Assembly: GCA_963709345.1 (NCBI GenBank)
Contig: CAVPVX010000011.1
Location: 64,001-128,000 of the forward strand
Reading direction: 5' to 3'
Length of the DNA: 64,000 nt
DNA from: an uncultured Actinomycetes bacterium
Lineage (GTDB): Bacteria > Actinomycetota > Thermoleophilia > UBA2241
In this document: positions 1 through 16,479 of the stretch, piece by piece
How positions within the stretch are numbered: position 1 is the first letter of the stretch
Layout of the letters: every line of letters starts with the position of its first letter
Notes under the pieces: generated by a model
Database searches by the model: none
Told to the model about the DNA's origin: nothing
What the model saw: the letters and a program-made list of their open reading frames with translations, nothing else
Translations under genes and position numbers: made by a program

Positions 1-600
1 TGGGGTGGCCGCCTCGAGCCCTTCAACGTGTGCGACCTGCTGCTGCACCCGGGCCGGTCGCTGTACACGGTCACGCAAGCCCAGCTCGTCGACGTCTTCT
101 CGCGTCTGCGCGACGATCGCGAGGCGCTGACGGCGGCGGCGGTGGTCTGCGAGGCCGCCGCCGGTCTCACTCCGGAGCACGAACCCGAGGAGCGCGTGTT
201 CGCACTGCTGCGCAACACGTTGCGGGAGCTCGACCGCGGCCTGTGCGGCCCGGCCACCCAGGCGCCTCTCGTGCTCGGCGCGCTGCTCAAGCTGCTGTAC
301 GAGGCCGGCTACCTGCCCGTGCTGGACCAGTGCGCCGCCTGCGGCGCCGGGGACAGAGCGCTTGGCTTCTCCTCCGCCAGGGGAGGGCTCGTGTGCGGCC
401 GGTGCCTCGGCGACGCTCTGCCGATCACCCCGGAGGCCGTCGCCGTCCTTCGCTCGGCCGTCGGGGGGTCGCTCGCCGAGCTGCGCGCGGAGCCTCCGTC
501 GGAGGCCGCCGCCGAGGCTCTGCGCGATGTGCACGCCCTCTACGCGTACCACACGGGCTCGCAGCTGCGGGCGCTGCGTTTCGCGGGCAGAGCCGGCTGA
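1..600 (+). CDS. recO: DNA repair protein RecO (5' end outside window)
   Basis: Frame open from base 1 (WGGRLEPFNVC...); C-terminal CAAC...CGRC zinc motif; immediately upstream of glyQ-glyS as in the conserved locus. Confidence 0.9.
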   Translation, partial: WGGRLEPFNVCDLLLHPGRSLYTVTQAQLVDVFSRLRDDREALTAAAVVCEAAAGLTPEHEPEERVFALLRNTLRELDRGLCGPATQAPLVLGALLKLLYEAGYLPVLDQCAACGAGDRALGFSSARGGLVCGRCLGDALPITPEAVAVLRSAVGGSLAELRAEPPSEAAAEALRDVHALYAYHTGSQLRALRFAGRAG

Positions 601-861
601 GAGGCGGCTGCCCGTCACGCCGCCGCCGCCCATGAGCGGCTCGAGAGGCGCGAGTGAGCCGCCGGCGAACGGGTGCGGTGCTCGCGTCGCCGTCGCGTTC
701 GTCCCGTCAACGCTCGCGTCGCCGTCGCACGCGCACCCTCACGCCCCAACCGCCTTCCGACGGGTGGTGACCCGGAGTGTACCCACTGCAGACAACGGGT
801 CCATGGAACATCCGTCGTCACCGGCGCGCGCCCCGCTCCGGCGTCCGCGCGGCGGCCGCCG

Positions 862-891
862 TTGTCGCGCCGGCGCTCACCCTGCTAGAAT
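862..891 (+). promoter_or_regulatory. Putative sigma70 promoter of glyQS
   Basis: TTGTCG (862-867), 18-bp spacer, TG-C-TAGAAT extended -10 (883-891), 25 bp upstream of the glyQ GTG. Confidence 0.5.
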
Positions 892-915
892 CGGCGCTCC
901 GACTCGAAAGGACAC

Positions 916-1902
916 GTGACCGACCACGCCCCGGGTGCAGCCGTCTCACGCGAGCTCCCCACGTTCCAGCAGATCATCGCCCGCTTGCAGGCCTTCTGGG
1001 AACAGCAAGGTTGTGTCGTCGTCCAGCCGTACCACACCGAGGTCGGCGCCGGTACTTTCAACCCCGCCACCTTCCTGCGCTGCCTCGACGCGCGACCCTG
1101 GCGGGCCGCCTACGTGGAGCCTTCCATGCGCCCGACCGACGGGCGCTATGGCGAGAACCCGTACCGCCTCGGCCACTACTACCAGTACCAGGTGGTCATC
1201 AAGCCGTCGCCGCCGGACATCCAGGACGTGTACCTGCGCTCGCTCGAGGCTCTCGGCATCGTCCTCGCCGAACACGACGTGCGCTTCGTCGAGGACAACT
1301 GGGAGGGCCCCACGCTCGGCGCGTGGGGCCAGGGCTGGGAGGTATGGGTCGACGGTATGGAGGCCACGCAGTTCACGTACTTCCAGCAGCTCGGCGGCTT
1401 CGACCTGGATCCGATCACGATCGAGATCACCTACGGTCTTGAACGGCTCGCCATGTATCTGCAGGGCGTCGACAGCGTGTACGACCTCGTGTGGTCGCGC
1501 TGGGACGAGGGCGGGGAAGAGGTCACCGTCACCTACGGCGACGTCTATCGCGAGAACGAGCGGCAGTTCAGCCGCTACAACTTCGAGGTCGCCGACACCG
1601 AGATGCTCTACCGGCACTTCCGCGAGCACGAGGCCGAGGCGCTGCGGTGTATCGAGGCGCGCCTGCCGATCCCGGCGTACGACCACGTGCTCAAGTGCAG
1701 CCACGCCTTCAACATGCTCGACGCCCGCGGCGTCATCAGCGTGACCGACCGCACGATGCACATCGGCCGCGTGCGCGACCTTGCGCGCAAGGTGGCCGGG
1801 CTGTACCTCGAGGTCGTCGCCGACGGTCGCGAGGCTGCGGACGATGCGGCGGCGGAGGCCGGCGGCGAAGCCGCTCCGGCCGGCGGCAGGGCGGACGCTT
1901 GA
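916..1902 (+). CDS. glyQ: Glycine--tRNA ligase alpha subunit
   Basis: [42 protein letters not shown] motifs. Confidence 0.97.
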   Translation: MTDHAPGAAVSRELPTFQQIIARLQAFWEQQGCVVVQPYHTEVGAGTFNPATFLRCLDARPWRAAYVEPSMRPTDGRYGENPYRLGHYYQYQVVIKPSPPDIQDVYLRSLEALGIVLAEHDVRFVEDNWEGPTLGAWGQGWEVWVDGMEATQFTYFQQLGGFDLDPITIEITYGLERLAMYLQGVDSVYDLVWSRWDEGGEEVTVTYGDVYRENERQFSRYNFEVADTEMLYRHFREHEAEALRCIEARLPIPAYDHVLKCSHAFNMLDARGVISVTDRTMHIGRVRDLARKVAGLYLEVVADGREAADDAAAEAGGEAAPAGGRADA

Positions 1903-4067
1903 GAACCCTGCTGGTCGAGATCGGCTGCGAGGAGCTCCCGTACAAGGTCTGCGAATCGGTGATCCGGCAGCTCGACGACAAGCCGGACACGCCGGGGCTG
2001 GCGCGCGTGCTCCTCGAGGAGGAGCGCCTGCTCGAGGCCGGCGCCACGGTCCGCGCCCTCGTCTCGCCGCGGCGCATCGCCGTGCTCGTCGAGGGCGTCC
2101 CCGAGCGGCAGACCGCGAAGACCGACGACTACCGCGGCCCCAAGGCCGAGTTCGCCTACGACGCCGACGGCGGCCTGACCAGGGCCGGGCTGGGGTTCGC
2201 GCGTTCGCGCGGCGCCCAGCCCGAAGACGTGCGCCGTGAGGTCGTCGACGGCACGGAGTTCGCCGTCGTCCGCGTCGAGTCGGAGCGACGGGCGGCCGGC
2301 GAGGTCCTCCCGGGGGTCGTCTCACGGCTCGTGACGGGCCTGCAGATCCCGCGCGGCATGCGCTGGGGCGCGCGGCCGGTCGACGAGGCCGACCACCTGC
2401 GCTTCTCGCGGCCCATCCGCTGGCTTGTGTGCAAGCTCGGCGACGCCACACTGAGCGGGGAGTTCTACGGCCTCCCGCTCGGCGACGCCTCCCGCGGGCA
2501 CCGCGTGCTCGGCGGCCCGGTCGCCGTGACGACCGCCGACCGCTACGAGGAGCTGCTCGCCGCGCAGAAGGTCATCGTCTCGCAGGCCGAGCGCCGACGT
2601 CTCATCGTCGAAGGGCTCGACGCCGGCGCTGCGGAGTCGGGCGGCGAGTGGTCCGATCCCGGCGGGGTGCTCCCGGAGACCGTCTATCTTGCCGAGTGGC
2701 CGAGCGTCGCGCGCGGCGGGTTCGCCGAGCGGCACCTGCGTCTGCCCGTCGAGGTGCTGGTCACGGCCATGCAGAGCCACCAGCGCTACTTCCCGGTGCG
2801 CGACGCCGGCGGCAAGCTGCTGCCCGCCTTCCTCTACGTCTCCAATGGCGACCCGGCCGCGGCGGAACTGGTCACCCGCGGCAACGAGCGCGTGCTCGAC
2901 GGCCGCCTCGACGACGCCGAGTTCGCCTACGACCGCGACATCGCCGAGGGCCTCGACACCATGGCCGACAGGCTGGGCAGCGTCGTGTTCCACGAGAAGC
3001 TCGGTTCGCTGGCCGACAAGGCGCAGCGGCTTGGAGGCCTCGTCGCGGGCCTTGCCGCCGCGCCCGGCGTGTCCACGGCCGCCGGCGACAACGGCTCGGC
3101 GGCGCCCCTCGGCGAGGCGGTCCGGCTCGCCGCCCGCCTCGCCAAGGCGGATCTGGTGAGCCAGGTCGTCATCGAGTTCCCCGTCCTGCAGGGCGTCATG
3201 GGTGGTCTGTACGCGGAGGCCGGCGGCCTCGGCGCGGGGGTCGCCCGGGCCGTGGGCGAGCACTACCGGCCGCTGTCCGCGACGGCGCCGCTTCCGGACA
3301 CCGTCGCCGGCGCGCTGCTGGCGACCGCCGACAAAGCCGACAATATCGTCGGCGCCTGGGTGGCGGGCCAGAAGCCCTCCGGCTCCCGCGACCCTTATGG
3401 GCTTCGCCGGGCCGCGATGGGCATCGTGCGCGTCGCGCTGGAGTACGGCCTGCGCTTCTCCCTCACGGGTCTGCTGACGTCCGCCGTCGACCAGTTCGAG
3501 CTCCAGGGCATCGAAGGCCTCGACGACACGCGCCGCGCGGCGATCGTCGCCGAGACGGCTGCGTTCGTTCGCGAGCGCCTGCAGGCGCTGTTGCTCGACG
3601 AGGGATTGTCCTTCCCGAGTGTGGAGGCGGCGCTGGGCTCGTCGGCCGGCGACCTCCCGGCGCTGGCGGCGCGAGCCCGTACCTTTGCCGCGATGGCCGG
3701 GCGAGACCACTTCGAGGACGCGGTCACCGCCTTCAACCGCTGCGCCGCGCTGGCCGCGAAGGACCCCGAGGCCGGATCGCGCCACGTCGATCCGGCGCTC
3801 TTCGCCGACGATGCCGAGCGGGAGCTCGCGACCGCGTGCGACGCCGCACGCGGTCCGCTGCTCGACGCGCTCGACCACCTCGAGCTGGAGAGCGCCATCG
3901 CCGCCGCCGCCGCCCTGCGGCCGGCAGTCGACCGGTACTTCGACGCCGTCCTCGTCATGGACCCCGACGACGCCGTGCGCGCCAACCGACTGGCGCAGCT
4001 CGCCGCCGTCACCGGCCTGATCGGCCGCATCGGGGAGTTCAGCCGCCTGCCTCTCACGCAGGCGTGA
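1899..4067 (+). CDS. glyS: Glycine--tRNA ligase beta subunit
   Basis: TTG start overlapping the glyQ stop (TTGA); [36 protein letters not shown] motifs. Confidence 0.95.
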   Translation: MRTLLVEIGCEELPYKVCESVIRQLDDKPDTPGLARVLLEEERLLEAGATVRALVSPRRIAVLVEGVPERQTAKTDDYRGPKAEFAYDADGGLTRAGLGFARSRGAQPEDVRREVVDGTEFAVVRVESERRAAGEVLPGVVSRLVTGLQIPRGMRWGARPVDEADHLRFSRPIRWLVCKLGDATLSGEFYGLPLGDASRGHRVLGGPVAVTTADRYEELLAAQKVIVSQAERRRLIVEGLDAGAAESGGEWSDPGGVLPETVYLAEWPSVARGGFAERHLRLPVEVLVTAMQSHQRYFPVRDAGGKLLPAFLYVSNGDPAAAELVTRGNERVLDGRLDDAEFAYDRDIAEGLDTMADRLGSVVFHEKLGSLADKAQRLGGLVAGLAAAPGVSTAAGDNGSAAPLGEAVRLAARLAKADLVSQVVIEFPVLQGVMGGLYAEAGGLGAGVARAVGEHYRPLSATAPLPDTVAGALLATADKADNIVGAWVAGQKPSGSRDPYGLRRAAMGIVRVALEYGLRFSLTGLLTSAVDQFELQGIEGLDDTRRAAIVAETAAFVRERLQALLLDEGLSFPSVEAALGSSAGDLPALAARARTFAAMAGRDHFEDAVTAFNRCAALAAKDPEAGSRHVDPALFADDAERELATACDAARGPLLDALDHLELESAIAAAAALRPAVDRYFDAVLVMDPDDAVRANRLAQLAAVTGLIGRIGEFSRLPLTQA

Positions 4068-4142
4068 ACCACACCACTTCACAGAGTACGTTCCAGGCGC
4101 CCGCCGCGACACGACGGATCAAGATCCCAGGGGGAGGCACCA

Positions 4143-6866
<2,724 letters not shown>

Positions 6867-6965
6867 CGGGACGCGAAGCACCGACCACCGGCGCCGGCCC
6901 GGGCTTGCCGAAGGGTGGCCCGGGCCGGAGTGCCGCGCCCGCCGGTCGAGGGGGGAGGTCGCTCG

Positions 6966-7523
6966 GTGGCAAGACTCGGACGTGAGATCGTGACGACGCT
7001 CGCCGGCGGGCGCGCGCTGAGCGTGCGTGACGCACGCACGAGGGACGCGCGCGCCGTCACCCGTCTGCTCGACGCGGTCGCCCGCGAGCCGGAGGTCACG
7101 CTGCTGCTGCTCCCCGGCGAGACGAAGGCCGGGGACTGGCGACGTCGCATCGCTGACGCCGCGGAGGCCGCGCGCGGGCTGTTTCTGCTCGCCGAGCTCG
7201 ACGGCGAGATCTCCGGTACTCTGGGCTTGTGGCCGGACGCCCACCCGGCCTCGGCGCACGTCGCCTGGGTCGGCATGTCGGTGGCCGCGGACCGCCGCGG
7301 CGTTGGAATCGGCGGCGCACTGCTCGAGGCGGCGCTCGCCTGGGCGGCCGGCCACGAGTTCACGCGCGCCGCGCTCGGCGTCTTCCCGGACAACCCCCGC
7401 GCGATCGGCTTCTACGAGCGACACGGCTTCGTGCGCGAGGGCCTCCGGCGCGCGCAGTACCGCCGCGGCGACGAGTATCATGACGAAGTGCTCATGGCCC
7501 GAAATCTCACGCCGACCTCCTGA
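6966..7523 (+). CDS. GNAT family N-acetyltransferase
   Basis: MSVAADRRGVGIGGALL acetyl-CoA motif A, VFPDNPRAIGFYERHGF; GGAGGT RBS before GTG 6966. Confidence 0.85.
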   Translation: MARLGREIVTTLAGGRALSVRDARTRDARAVTRLLDAVAREPEVTLLLLPGETKAGDWRRRIADAAEAARGLFLLAELDGEISGTLGLWPDAHPASAHVAWVGMSVAADRRGVGIGGALLEAALAWAAGHEFTRAALGVFPDNPRAIGFYERHGFVREGLRRAQYRRGDEYHDEVLMARNLTPTS

Positions 7524-7524
7524 G

Positions 7525-7980
7525 GTGGCCGTGGATCGCCGACACCTCCTCACCATCGCGCCCACGGTGGCCGCCGTCGCGCTGGCCGTGCTGCCCGCCG
7601 TCGTCGTCTTCGGCTTCGGCTGGCTGTCGCCGGCCGGTTCGCCCTCGGCGGGTTCCGTCACCGATCGCGCGCCCGAGGCCTGGGTCCTCTTCGCGCTCTT
7701 CTACCTCATGTGGATGGGCGGGCTCATGGCGCTGCTGATCGTCGCCAACGACCGGCTCGGCCGCCACTGGCGCAGCTGGGACCGCCATCCGCGACCCGAG
7801 AAGAGGCAGCGCCGCCGCCTCGCCGCCGGCATGAGGTACCTCGAGGGTCAGCAACGGGCTCGCGCCGCGGAGGCGCGGGGTGGACGGCCGCGCGCCGCGC
7901 GGGCTCACGACGCGGATCCGCGCGCCGCCTCGTCCACCGGGCCGGACGGCCGGCCTCCGCGCGACGAGGATGACGGCTGA
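7525..7980 (+). CDS. Hypothetical membrane protein (two hydrophobic helices)
   Basis: Hydrophobic segments VAAVALAVLPAVVVFGFGWL and WVLFALFYLMWMGGLMALLIV; stop overlaps the dnaG start (TGATG). Confidence 0.6.
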   Translation: MAVDRRHLLTIAPTVAAVALAVLPAVVVFGFGWLSPAGSPSAGSVTDRAPEAWVLFALFYLMWMGGLMALLIVANDRLGRHWRSWDRHPRPEKRQRRRLAAGMRYLEGQQRARAAEARGGRPRAARAHDADPRAASSTGPDGRPPRDEDDG

Positions 7981-9817
7981 TGCCGCGGATCGCCCAATCG
8001 AGCGTCGACCAGGTGGTGGCCACCGCCGACATGGTCGAGGTCGTCGGCCAGTACACCGAGTTGCGCAAGGCCGGCGCCAACTTCAGCGGCCGATGCCCCT
8101 TCCACGACGAGCGCACGCCGTCGTTCTCCGTCAACCCCGGCGAGAAGCTCTACTACTGCTTCGGCTGCGGCGCCGGCGGCAACCTCATCGGCTTCGTCAT
8201 GGCCAAGGAGAGCCTCGACTTCCCGGCCGCCGTCGAGTACCTGGCGGACAAGTACGGCATCCAACTCGAGTACGAGGAGTCCACGGCTCGCGGCGACGCG
8301 GAGCGCCGCCGCCGCGAGCGCCTGCGGGCGCTCCTCGAGCAGGCGACCGCCTACTATGAGCGCGTGTACCACGACGCGCAGGCGGCCGCGCCGGCCCGCG
8401 AGTACCTCGAGCGGCGCGGCCTCGGCGACGAGGTCTGCCGGACCTTCCGCCTGGGCTACAGCTTGCCCGGCTGGGACAAGCTGCGCGATGCTGCGCGCGG
8501 CAAGGGCTTCAGCGAGCAGGACCTGCTCGACGCCGGCCTCGTCATTCCCGGCAAGAGCGGCCGCCCGTACGACCGCTTCCGCGGCCGCATCATGTTCCCC
8601 CTCGCCGACGAGCGCGGGCGCACCCTGGGCTTCGGTGCGCGCACGCTCGGCGACGAGAAGCCCAAGTACCTGAACTCGCCGGAGACGCCCTTGTACCACA
8701 AGAGCGAGGCGCTGTTCGGCCTCGACAAGGCGAAGACGGCGGCCGCCCAGGAGGATCGCGTCTACGTCGTCGAGGGCTACACGGACGTCATGGCTCTCGC
8801 GCAGGCCGGCATCGCCAACGTCGTCGCGAGCATGGGCACGGCCCTGACCGAGCAACAACTCGGCCGTCTGTCGCGCCTGACGAAGAACCTCTACCTGTGC
8901 TTCGATGCCGACGCTGCCGGCATCGGCGCCATGCAGCGTGCCCTCACGCTCGGCCGCCGCATGGAACTGTCGCTGCACGTCGTGCGCATCCCCGACGGCC
9001 TCGACCCGGCCGACTACGTGCTCTCGGGCGCCGGCGGCGACGGTTTCCGCGCGCTTGCCGAGAGCGCCCAATCGCTGCTACAATTTCATGTCCGCTTGGC
9101 GCTCGCTACTCACGACCTCGACAAGCCCGACGGACGGGCTCGCGCAGTGGCGCGACTCAGGGAGGTCCTCTCGGAGGCAGCGACGCCGATGGAGCGCGAC
9201 GACGAGTTGCGATACGTCGCCGATCGCCTGCGACTCTCGGACGAGAGCGTGCGCTACATGCTCGCCGGCAGCGGACGACCCACGAGTGGAGCCGCCGCGA
9301 GTGAGCACGCCGCGCAGGCGGCCGGTCCTGCGCCCCACGCTCTGGGTGGCGTTCACGAGCTCGAGGTCCGTTTTCTGGCGGGGTGCCTGGCGCAGCCGGA
9401 TGCCGGACGCGAGACGCTCGCCGGCGTGGACGAAGGCTTCTTCGCCACTGCCGAGACGCGCGCCGCGTTCCGCCGCGTCAAGCAACGATTGGCGGCCGAA
9501 ACGGCAGGGAATACCCTGCAAACGACGGCTGAGGCCGGCGGTTCGGACGGAGACGGAGACGAGGCGTTCGCGGAGGCCGTCGTGCGTGCCGGACGCGAGC
9601 GCTTCACGGCGGCTGTCGTCGAGGAGTTGTTCCTGCGCCTTCAGGAGGCACAGGTGAGCCGCATCATCGCGCGGCTCAAGGTGGTCATGCGGACTGACGA
9701 GAGTGGGAAGCAGAGCGCGGAGCTTGCGCGCTTCACGGCGGCGCGACGGACGTTGCGGGACGCACTGCGCGCGCTCCCGGTGGACGAAGAGCCCGAGGAA
9801 GGACCAGGACGACACAC

Positions 9818-9821
<4 letters not shown>
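7980..9821 (+). CDS. dnaG: DNA primase
   Basis: [11 protein letters not shown]...YYCFGCG zinc finger, [26 protein letters not shown] and FDADAAG TOPRIM motifs. Confidence 0.97.
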
Positions 9822-10936
<1,115 letters not shown>

Positions 10937-10968
10937 GAGAATCGGACCAAGGAGCACTGAACAAGTAC

Positions 10969-12087
<1,119 letters not shown>

Positions 12088-12122
12088 GCAGGGGCCGGCG
12101 CCGCCGGCGCTCAGGAGGCGAC

Positions 12123-13572
12123 ATGCAGGAGACGCGGGTGCTGCTCGTGTTCCCCGGCTCGCTGTACGGCGGCCCGTGGGCCGACGGGCCGCGGGTCAAG
12201 CCCGAGCTCGTGCAGCTCTTCACCGAGGTACGCCGGGCCGGCTTCTCCGCCGGCGTGCTCGATCTCGAGACGGAGCTCGGCAACCCGGCTGACGAGGCGG
12301 CGCGGGAGTCCTTTCTCCAGCTGGCCGGCGGATTGCTCGCGGAGCGCCGCGCCGACCTCGTTGTGATCTCGTGCTGGTCCGCCCTGCAGTACACCGCCGC
12401 GGTGGCGGTGGCCGGGCGCGTGCGCGAGCATCACCCCGACGCGGTGATCGCCGTCGAGGGCCACCACGTCTCGGTGCGCCCCGACGACTTCAACGACCCG
12501 GGCGCGCCCTTCGACTGGCTCGTCGCCGGCGAGGCGGAGAGCGCCGTCGTCACGATCGCCCGCGCGGTCGCCGCCGGAGAGCGCGAGACCGGCGCCTGCC
12601 ACTCGCTGGAGGGCACGCTGCTGCCGCTCGACGCCGCGCACCTGCCCGACTACGCGGCGTACCCGTATGCGGACGAGGGGCTACCGGAGCTCGGCCTTTT
12701 CCTCAGCCGCGGCTGCCCTTACAACGCGCCGGCGTGTCTGCTGCGCCCCGGGGGCGGCGGGTGGCACGCCTACCCGCCGGACGTGGCCGTGCGGGCTATT
12801 GCCCGCGTCGCCGCGCTCCGCCCGGCGCGCATCCTCGTCCTGGACCCGGCCTTCGGGTACGAGGCCGGCTGGCGCCGGGCCGTGCTCGAGCGCCTGGCGG
12901 CGGCCGATCGGCGCGACCTCGCGATCGGCATCGCCGGCCGCCCGGACGCGCTGGCGCGCCTCGACGTCGACAAGATCTACGCGGCGCGCCTCGGCCTGCG
13001 GCTCGAGGTGGGGGCGCTCTCGCGCCGCCTGCTCTCGCGAACGGGGCAGGCCCCGAACGCCGAGAAGGCCGTCGCGCACACGCTGGACCTGCTCGAGTAT
13101 CTGAACGCCAAAGGCGTGGTGACCGTCGCAGGGTTCACCTTCAACCAGCCCGGCGAGACGCGTGAGACGGCGGAGGAGACGCTCGACGCTCTTGAGCGCT
13201 TCGTCGCCGGCGTACCGAACACCTCGGTGAGCCTGCAGGCGCAGCCGTGGGCCTTTCTGCCAGCCGGGGAGGAGGACGCCGACGTGGAGGCGCCGGCTTC
13301 GCGGTACGGCACGCGGATCGAGCATGCGGAGTGGTGGAAGGAGCGCCGGGACTCGGTACGCGGCCGCGACGGCCGTGGTCGCCGGCCACGAGCTGGCCGG
13401 TCTGGCGCCCGGCGACGAGAGCTACTGGCGGCCGCGGTTCGAGGAGCTTCGTGAGCGGCTCGCGGCCAAGCTCACAGCCGACGCCCGCCGTGGCCTGCGC
13501 AGTCACGAGACCGTCGGGTCGGAGGCGTACGGGGTGCCGCATGGCTGGCTGCTGGAGCCTCGCTGGCACTGA
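12123..13572 (+). CDS. Cobalamin-binding/radical-SAM-like protein with degenerate Cys motif; apparent frameshift near 13350
   Basis: GGAGG RBS; N-terminal B12-binding-like fold (ADLVVISCW...[14 protein letters not shown]...GEAE); [11 protein letters not shown]; [11 protein letters not shown]; reading continues in the 13324..13572 frame. Confidence 0.7.
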
Positions 13573-13627
13573 CCCGTTCGCCTGCTCCGCCGGCGTACCG
13601 CGAGCGTACCGCCCGCCTCGCGCGTGT

Positions 13628-13656
13628 TTGTCCGGCCGTCGCGAATCGCCTATACT
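13628..13656 (+). promoter_or_regulatory. Sigma70 promoter for tRNA-Asn
   Basis: TTGTCC-17 bp-TATACT, 16 bp upstream of the tRNA. Confidence 0.65.
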
Positions 13657-13672
13657 CTGCCGGCCGGAGCGG

Positions 13673-13747
<75 letters not shown>

Positions 13748-13811
13748 AGTCATCAGCGGGGCGCCGCGGCCTACGGGCCGCGGCGCCCCTTCTGCCTTGG
13801 GGGTAGAGGGC

Positions 13812-14369
13812 ATGTCGGGCGGTCTCTTTGTTGCGATCCTCGTGCTCCTCGGGATGATGGCCGTGATCTTCGCGGCGGTCGTGCTCCTGACCCGGCGGCT
13901 CGGATCCGGGGCCGAGCGACGCGCCGACGAGCTGCGCGACGAGGTCGAGCGACTCGGCGAGGCGTGGTCGATCCCCCTCGAGGGAGCCACCTACTACGGA
14001 GCCACTCACTCCGGCGCCGGCAACGAAGGCGCCACCCACACCTACAGCCGCGTCAAGGGCAACGGCGTGTTGGGGCTGACCGGGCGGCGAGTCGTGTTCG
14101 CTCCCATCTCCGGTGAGCGACTCAGCGTGCCTCTGGTGCGCGTCTCGGGCGCGCGGCTCAAGGGCTGGCGCCGCAGCGGCGCCGGCGGCCGGCGCCGTCA
14201 CCTGGTGCTCGAGCTCGACGACGGCGGCAAGGTGAGCTTTCTGGTCGGCGACCCGGCGGTGTGGATGCGGCGGCTCGCGGAGGCCGGGGTCGAGGTCCTG
14301 GGATTCGACGCCGCCGCGGACGAGCACGATGGTGCGCCGCCGCGTGAGGAAGTGCCGCCGGGAGGCTGA
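13812..14369 (+). CDS. Hypothetical protein with N-terminal membrane anchor
   Basis: Hydrophobic N-terminus followed by a beta-rich domain (KGNGVLGLTGRRVVF), possibly PH-like. Confidence 0.6.
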   Translation: MSGGLFVAILVLLGMMAVIFAAVVLLTRRLGSGAERRADELRDEVERLGEAWSIPLEGATYYGATHSGAGNEGATHTYSRVKGNGVLGLTGRRVVFAPISGERLSVPLVRVSGARLKGWRRSGAGGRRRHLVLELDDGGKVSFLVGDPAVWMRRLAEAGVEVLGFDAAADEHDGAPPREEVPPGG

Positions 14370-14459
14370 AGGTCTCTGCGCCGGACCTCGCCTCGGCGAC
14401 ACCTCAAGGGGCAGACGGCGCCGAATGAGACCTCACGCGCCTATGGTACTCTCGGCTCC

Positions 14460-15848
14460 ATGCTCTCCCATTGTTCCGGAACATCGCCCGCCTCGTCCGT
14501 ATCCGGCGCACTTCCGACAGGCCCGCTACGTCACCGGCACCGTCTCGCGGGGGCCTTCCGGGCCACGCTCTATATCGCTCTGGCGATTGCTCCGTTGCTC
14601 GTGGCTCTCGTGCCTCCGGCGCCGCCGGGGCGGGACTTCTGGACTGAGTTGGCGGTGGCCATCGGCTTCATCGGGCTCTCCACCATGTGCCTGCAGTTCG
14701 CCGTGTCCGCTCGCTTCCGCCACGTCGCGGCGCCGTTCGGTATCGATGTCGTGATCCAGTTCCACCGGCAGATCGCGATCTTCGCCGCGTGCCTGGTCGC
14801 TGCGCATCCCGTCATTCTGATCATCGCCGACCCCGAGCGACTGGGCTTGCTCAACCCGCTTTCGGCTCCTTGGCGGGCACGTGCCGGTCTCCTTGGCCTT
14901 GTCGCGGCCATCCTCCTGACGGCTCTGGCCCTCGGACGCCGACGGCTGCATCTCCGCTACGGGATCTGGCAAGCCAGCCACGGGGTCTTGGCGCTGCTCG
15001 CCGTTACCGGCACCCTGGTCCACATCGAACTCGTCGGCCACTACGTGGACACACCGTGGAAACGCATCCTCTGGGTCGCCTACACAGCGTCTGTCATCGC
15101 CCTGCTGGTCCACGTGCGCCTCGTGCGGCCGCTGCTGCAGCGGCGACGCCCCTACAAGGTCGTCGCCGTCCATCAGGAAAGGGGCAACGCCTGGACGCTG
15201 GAGCTGAGTCCGCAGGGGCATCCCGGCCTGAGGTTTCTGCCCGGTCAGTTCGCTTGGCTGACCCTGGGCAGCTCGCCGTTCGCCATCGAGCAACACCCCT
15301 TCTCGTTCTCATCGAGCGCGCTCGACCCCGCGCACCTTGCGCAGACCATCAAGGAGCGCGGGGACTTCACGTCCGGCGTCGGCAGTGTGGAGCTCGGTAC
15401 CGTCGCCTATCTGGAGGGACCGCACGGCGCCTTCAGCATCGACCGCTACGATGGGCCCGGATACGTGTTCGTCGCCGGCGGCATCGGCATCACTCCGATG
15501 ATGAGCATGCTACGCACGCTTGCCGACCGACACGACGACCGTCACCACGAACTCGTGTACGCTGCTGAGGGCGTCGAGGACCTGACGTTCCGTGACGAGA
15601 TCGAACGGCTCACGGAGGTGCTCGACCTGGAGGTCGTCTACGTGCTCTCCCGCCCTCCCGAGGACTGGCAGGGTGAAAGCGGCCGAGTGACGAGAGAGCT
15701 GCTGAGCCGGCACGTCGTCGACGACTGGCCGCGACACGCCTACTTCGTCTGCGGGCCTGAGCCGATGATGGATGCGGTCGAGCGTGCCCTCGTTGCCGGC
15801 GGTGTACCCCTCGACCAGATCTTCACAGAGCGTTTCGCGTTCGTCTGA
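14460..15848 (+). CDS. Ferric-reductase-like transmembrane protein with FAD/NAD(P)-binding domain (start uncertain)
   Basis: His-containing TM helices (FHRQ, AAHP, SHG, VHI); FLPGQFAWL, HPFSFSS, EGPHGAF, AGGIGITPM, FVCGPEPMM motifs. Confidence 0.88.
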   Translation: MLSHCSGTSPASSVSGALPTGPLRHRHRLAGAFRATLYIALAIAPLLVALVPPAPPGRDFWTELAVAIGFIGLSTMCLQFAVSARFRHVAAPFGIDVVIQFHRQIAIFAACLVAAHPVILIIADPERLGLLNPLSAPWRARAGLLGLVAAILLTALALGRRRLHLRYGIWQASHGVLALLAVTGTLVHIELVGHYVDTPWKRILWVAYTASVIALLVHVRLVRPLLQRRRPYKVVAVHQERGNAWTLELSPQGHPGLRFLPGQFAWLTLGSSPFAIEQHPFSFSSSALDPAHLAQTIKERGDFTSGVGSVELGTVAYLEGPHGAFSIDRYDGPGYVFVAGGIGITPMMSMLRTLADRHDDRHHELVYAAEGVEDLTFRDEIERLTEVLDLEVVYVLSRPPEDWQGESGRVTRELLSRHVVDDWPRHAYFVCGPEPMMDAVERALVAGGVPLDQIFTERFAFV

Positions 15849-15863
15849 ACGGACGGAGACCGG

Positions 15864-15956
15864 ATGCGACACAGATATGCCACGCTCTTCATGATCGCGA
15901 CGACGGTTCTCACGTTGCTGGCGGCGGTGCTCTTCGCAGCGCTGCGGAGCATCTGA
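15864..15956 (+). CDS. 30-aa single-helix membrane peptide (MRHRYATLFMIATTVLTLLAAVLFAALRSI)
   Basis: GGAG RBS 5 nt upstream, 15 nt after the oxidoreductase stop; fully hydrophobic core. Confidence 0.5.
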   Translation: MRHRYATLFMIATTVLTLLAAVLFAALRSI

Positions 15957-16069
15957 GCGTCGCAGATGCCGACCGCCGCCTCGTCTTTCTGCCCATCGGC
16001 GGCGACCGCCTGAGCGTGTCGCTCGCGCGCTTCACGGGGGCGCGGGTGGAGGACCGCCGCCGCGCCGCC

Positions 16070-16425
16070 GCCGCCGCGCAGGATCCGTGGCTCCTGGGCG
16101 GTCGGCGGCACGCTCACCGTCGAGTGGGAGACGTCGAGCGCGAACCCGGTGTGTTCCTGACCACCTGCTCCGGCGTCACGCCCTTAGTGCTCAGCGAGGT
16201 ACATCTCGTGCGACTCCTCGGCGAACTTGAGCACGCAGTAGGTCGGTGACCACGGCGATGGGACCCCCGCGCCGGTAGCCGGCGTAGCGGCGCGAGTCGC
16301 CGCCCTGGAGCCAGCTGGGCGTCGTGAAGTAGTCGAGCTTCTCGACGTACTCCTCCACGCCGTGCTGCATGAACACGATGTGGCCGCTCGCCAGCGAACC
16401 GGTGTCGCAGCCGCCGCCGCTCCTG
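16070..16425 (-). pseudogene. Frameshifted 3' fragment of CoA-transferase beta subunit, diverged copy of ~19600-19955
   Basis: GGGCDTGSLASGHIVFMQHGVEEYVEKLDYFTTPSWL aligns by eye to GGACDAGSLASGYIVFMQHGVQKFVEKLDYLTTPGWL. Confidence 0.8.
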
Positions 16426-16479
16426 ACGCTTCGGTCGTGGTGCGGGCGCGTCTCGCGGCCCCCGGCGCCGGTCATCCGC

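Noticed and set aside
601-915. Possible T-box riboswitch upstream of glyQS (GGGTGGTGACC at ~762)
   Set aside because: Does not match the UGGNACC bulge, no terminator follows, and a good promoter lies only ~25 bp before the start codon.
1491-1898. N-terminal extension of the glyS ORF
   Set aside because: Overlaps glyQ out of frame; homology starts at TTG 1899.
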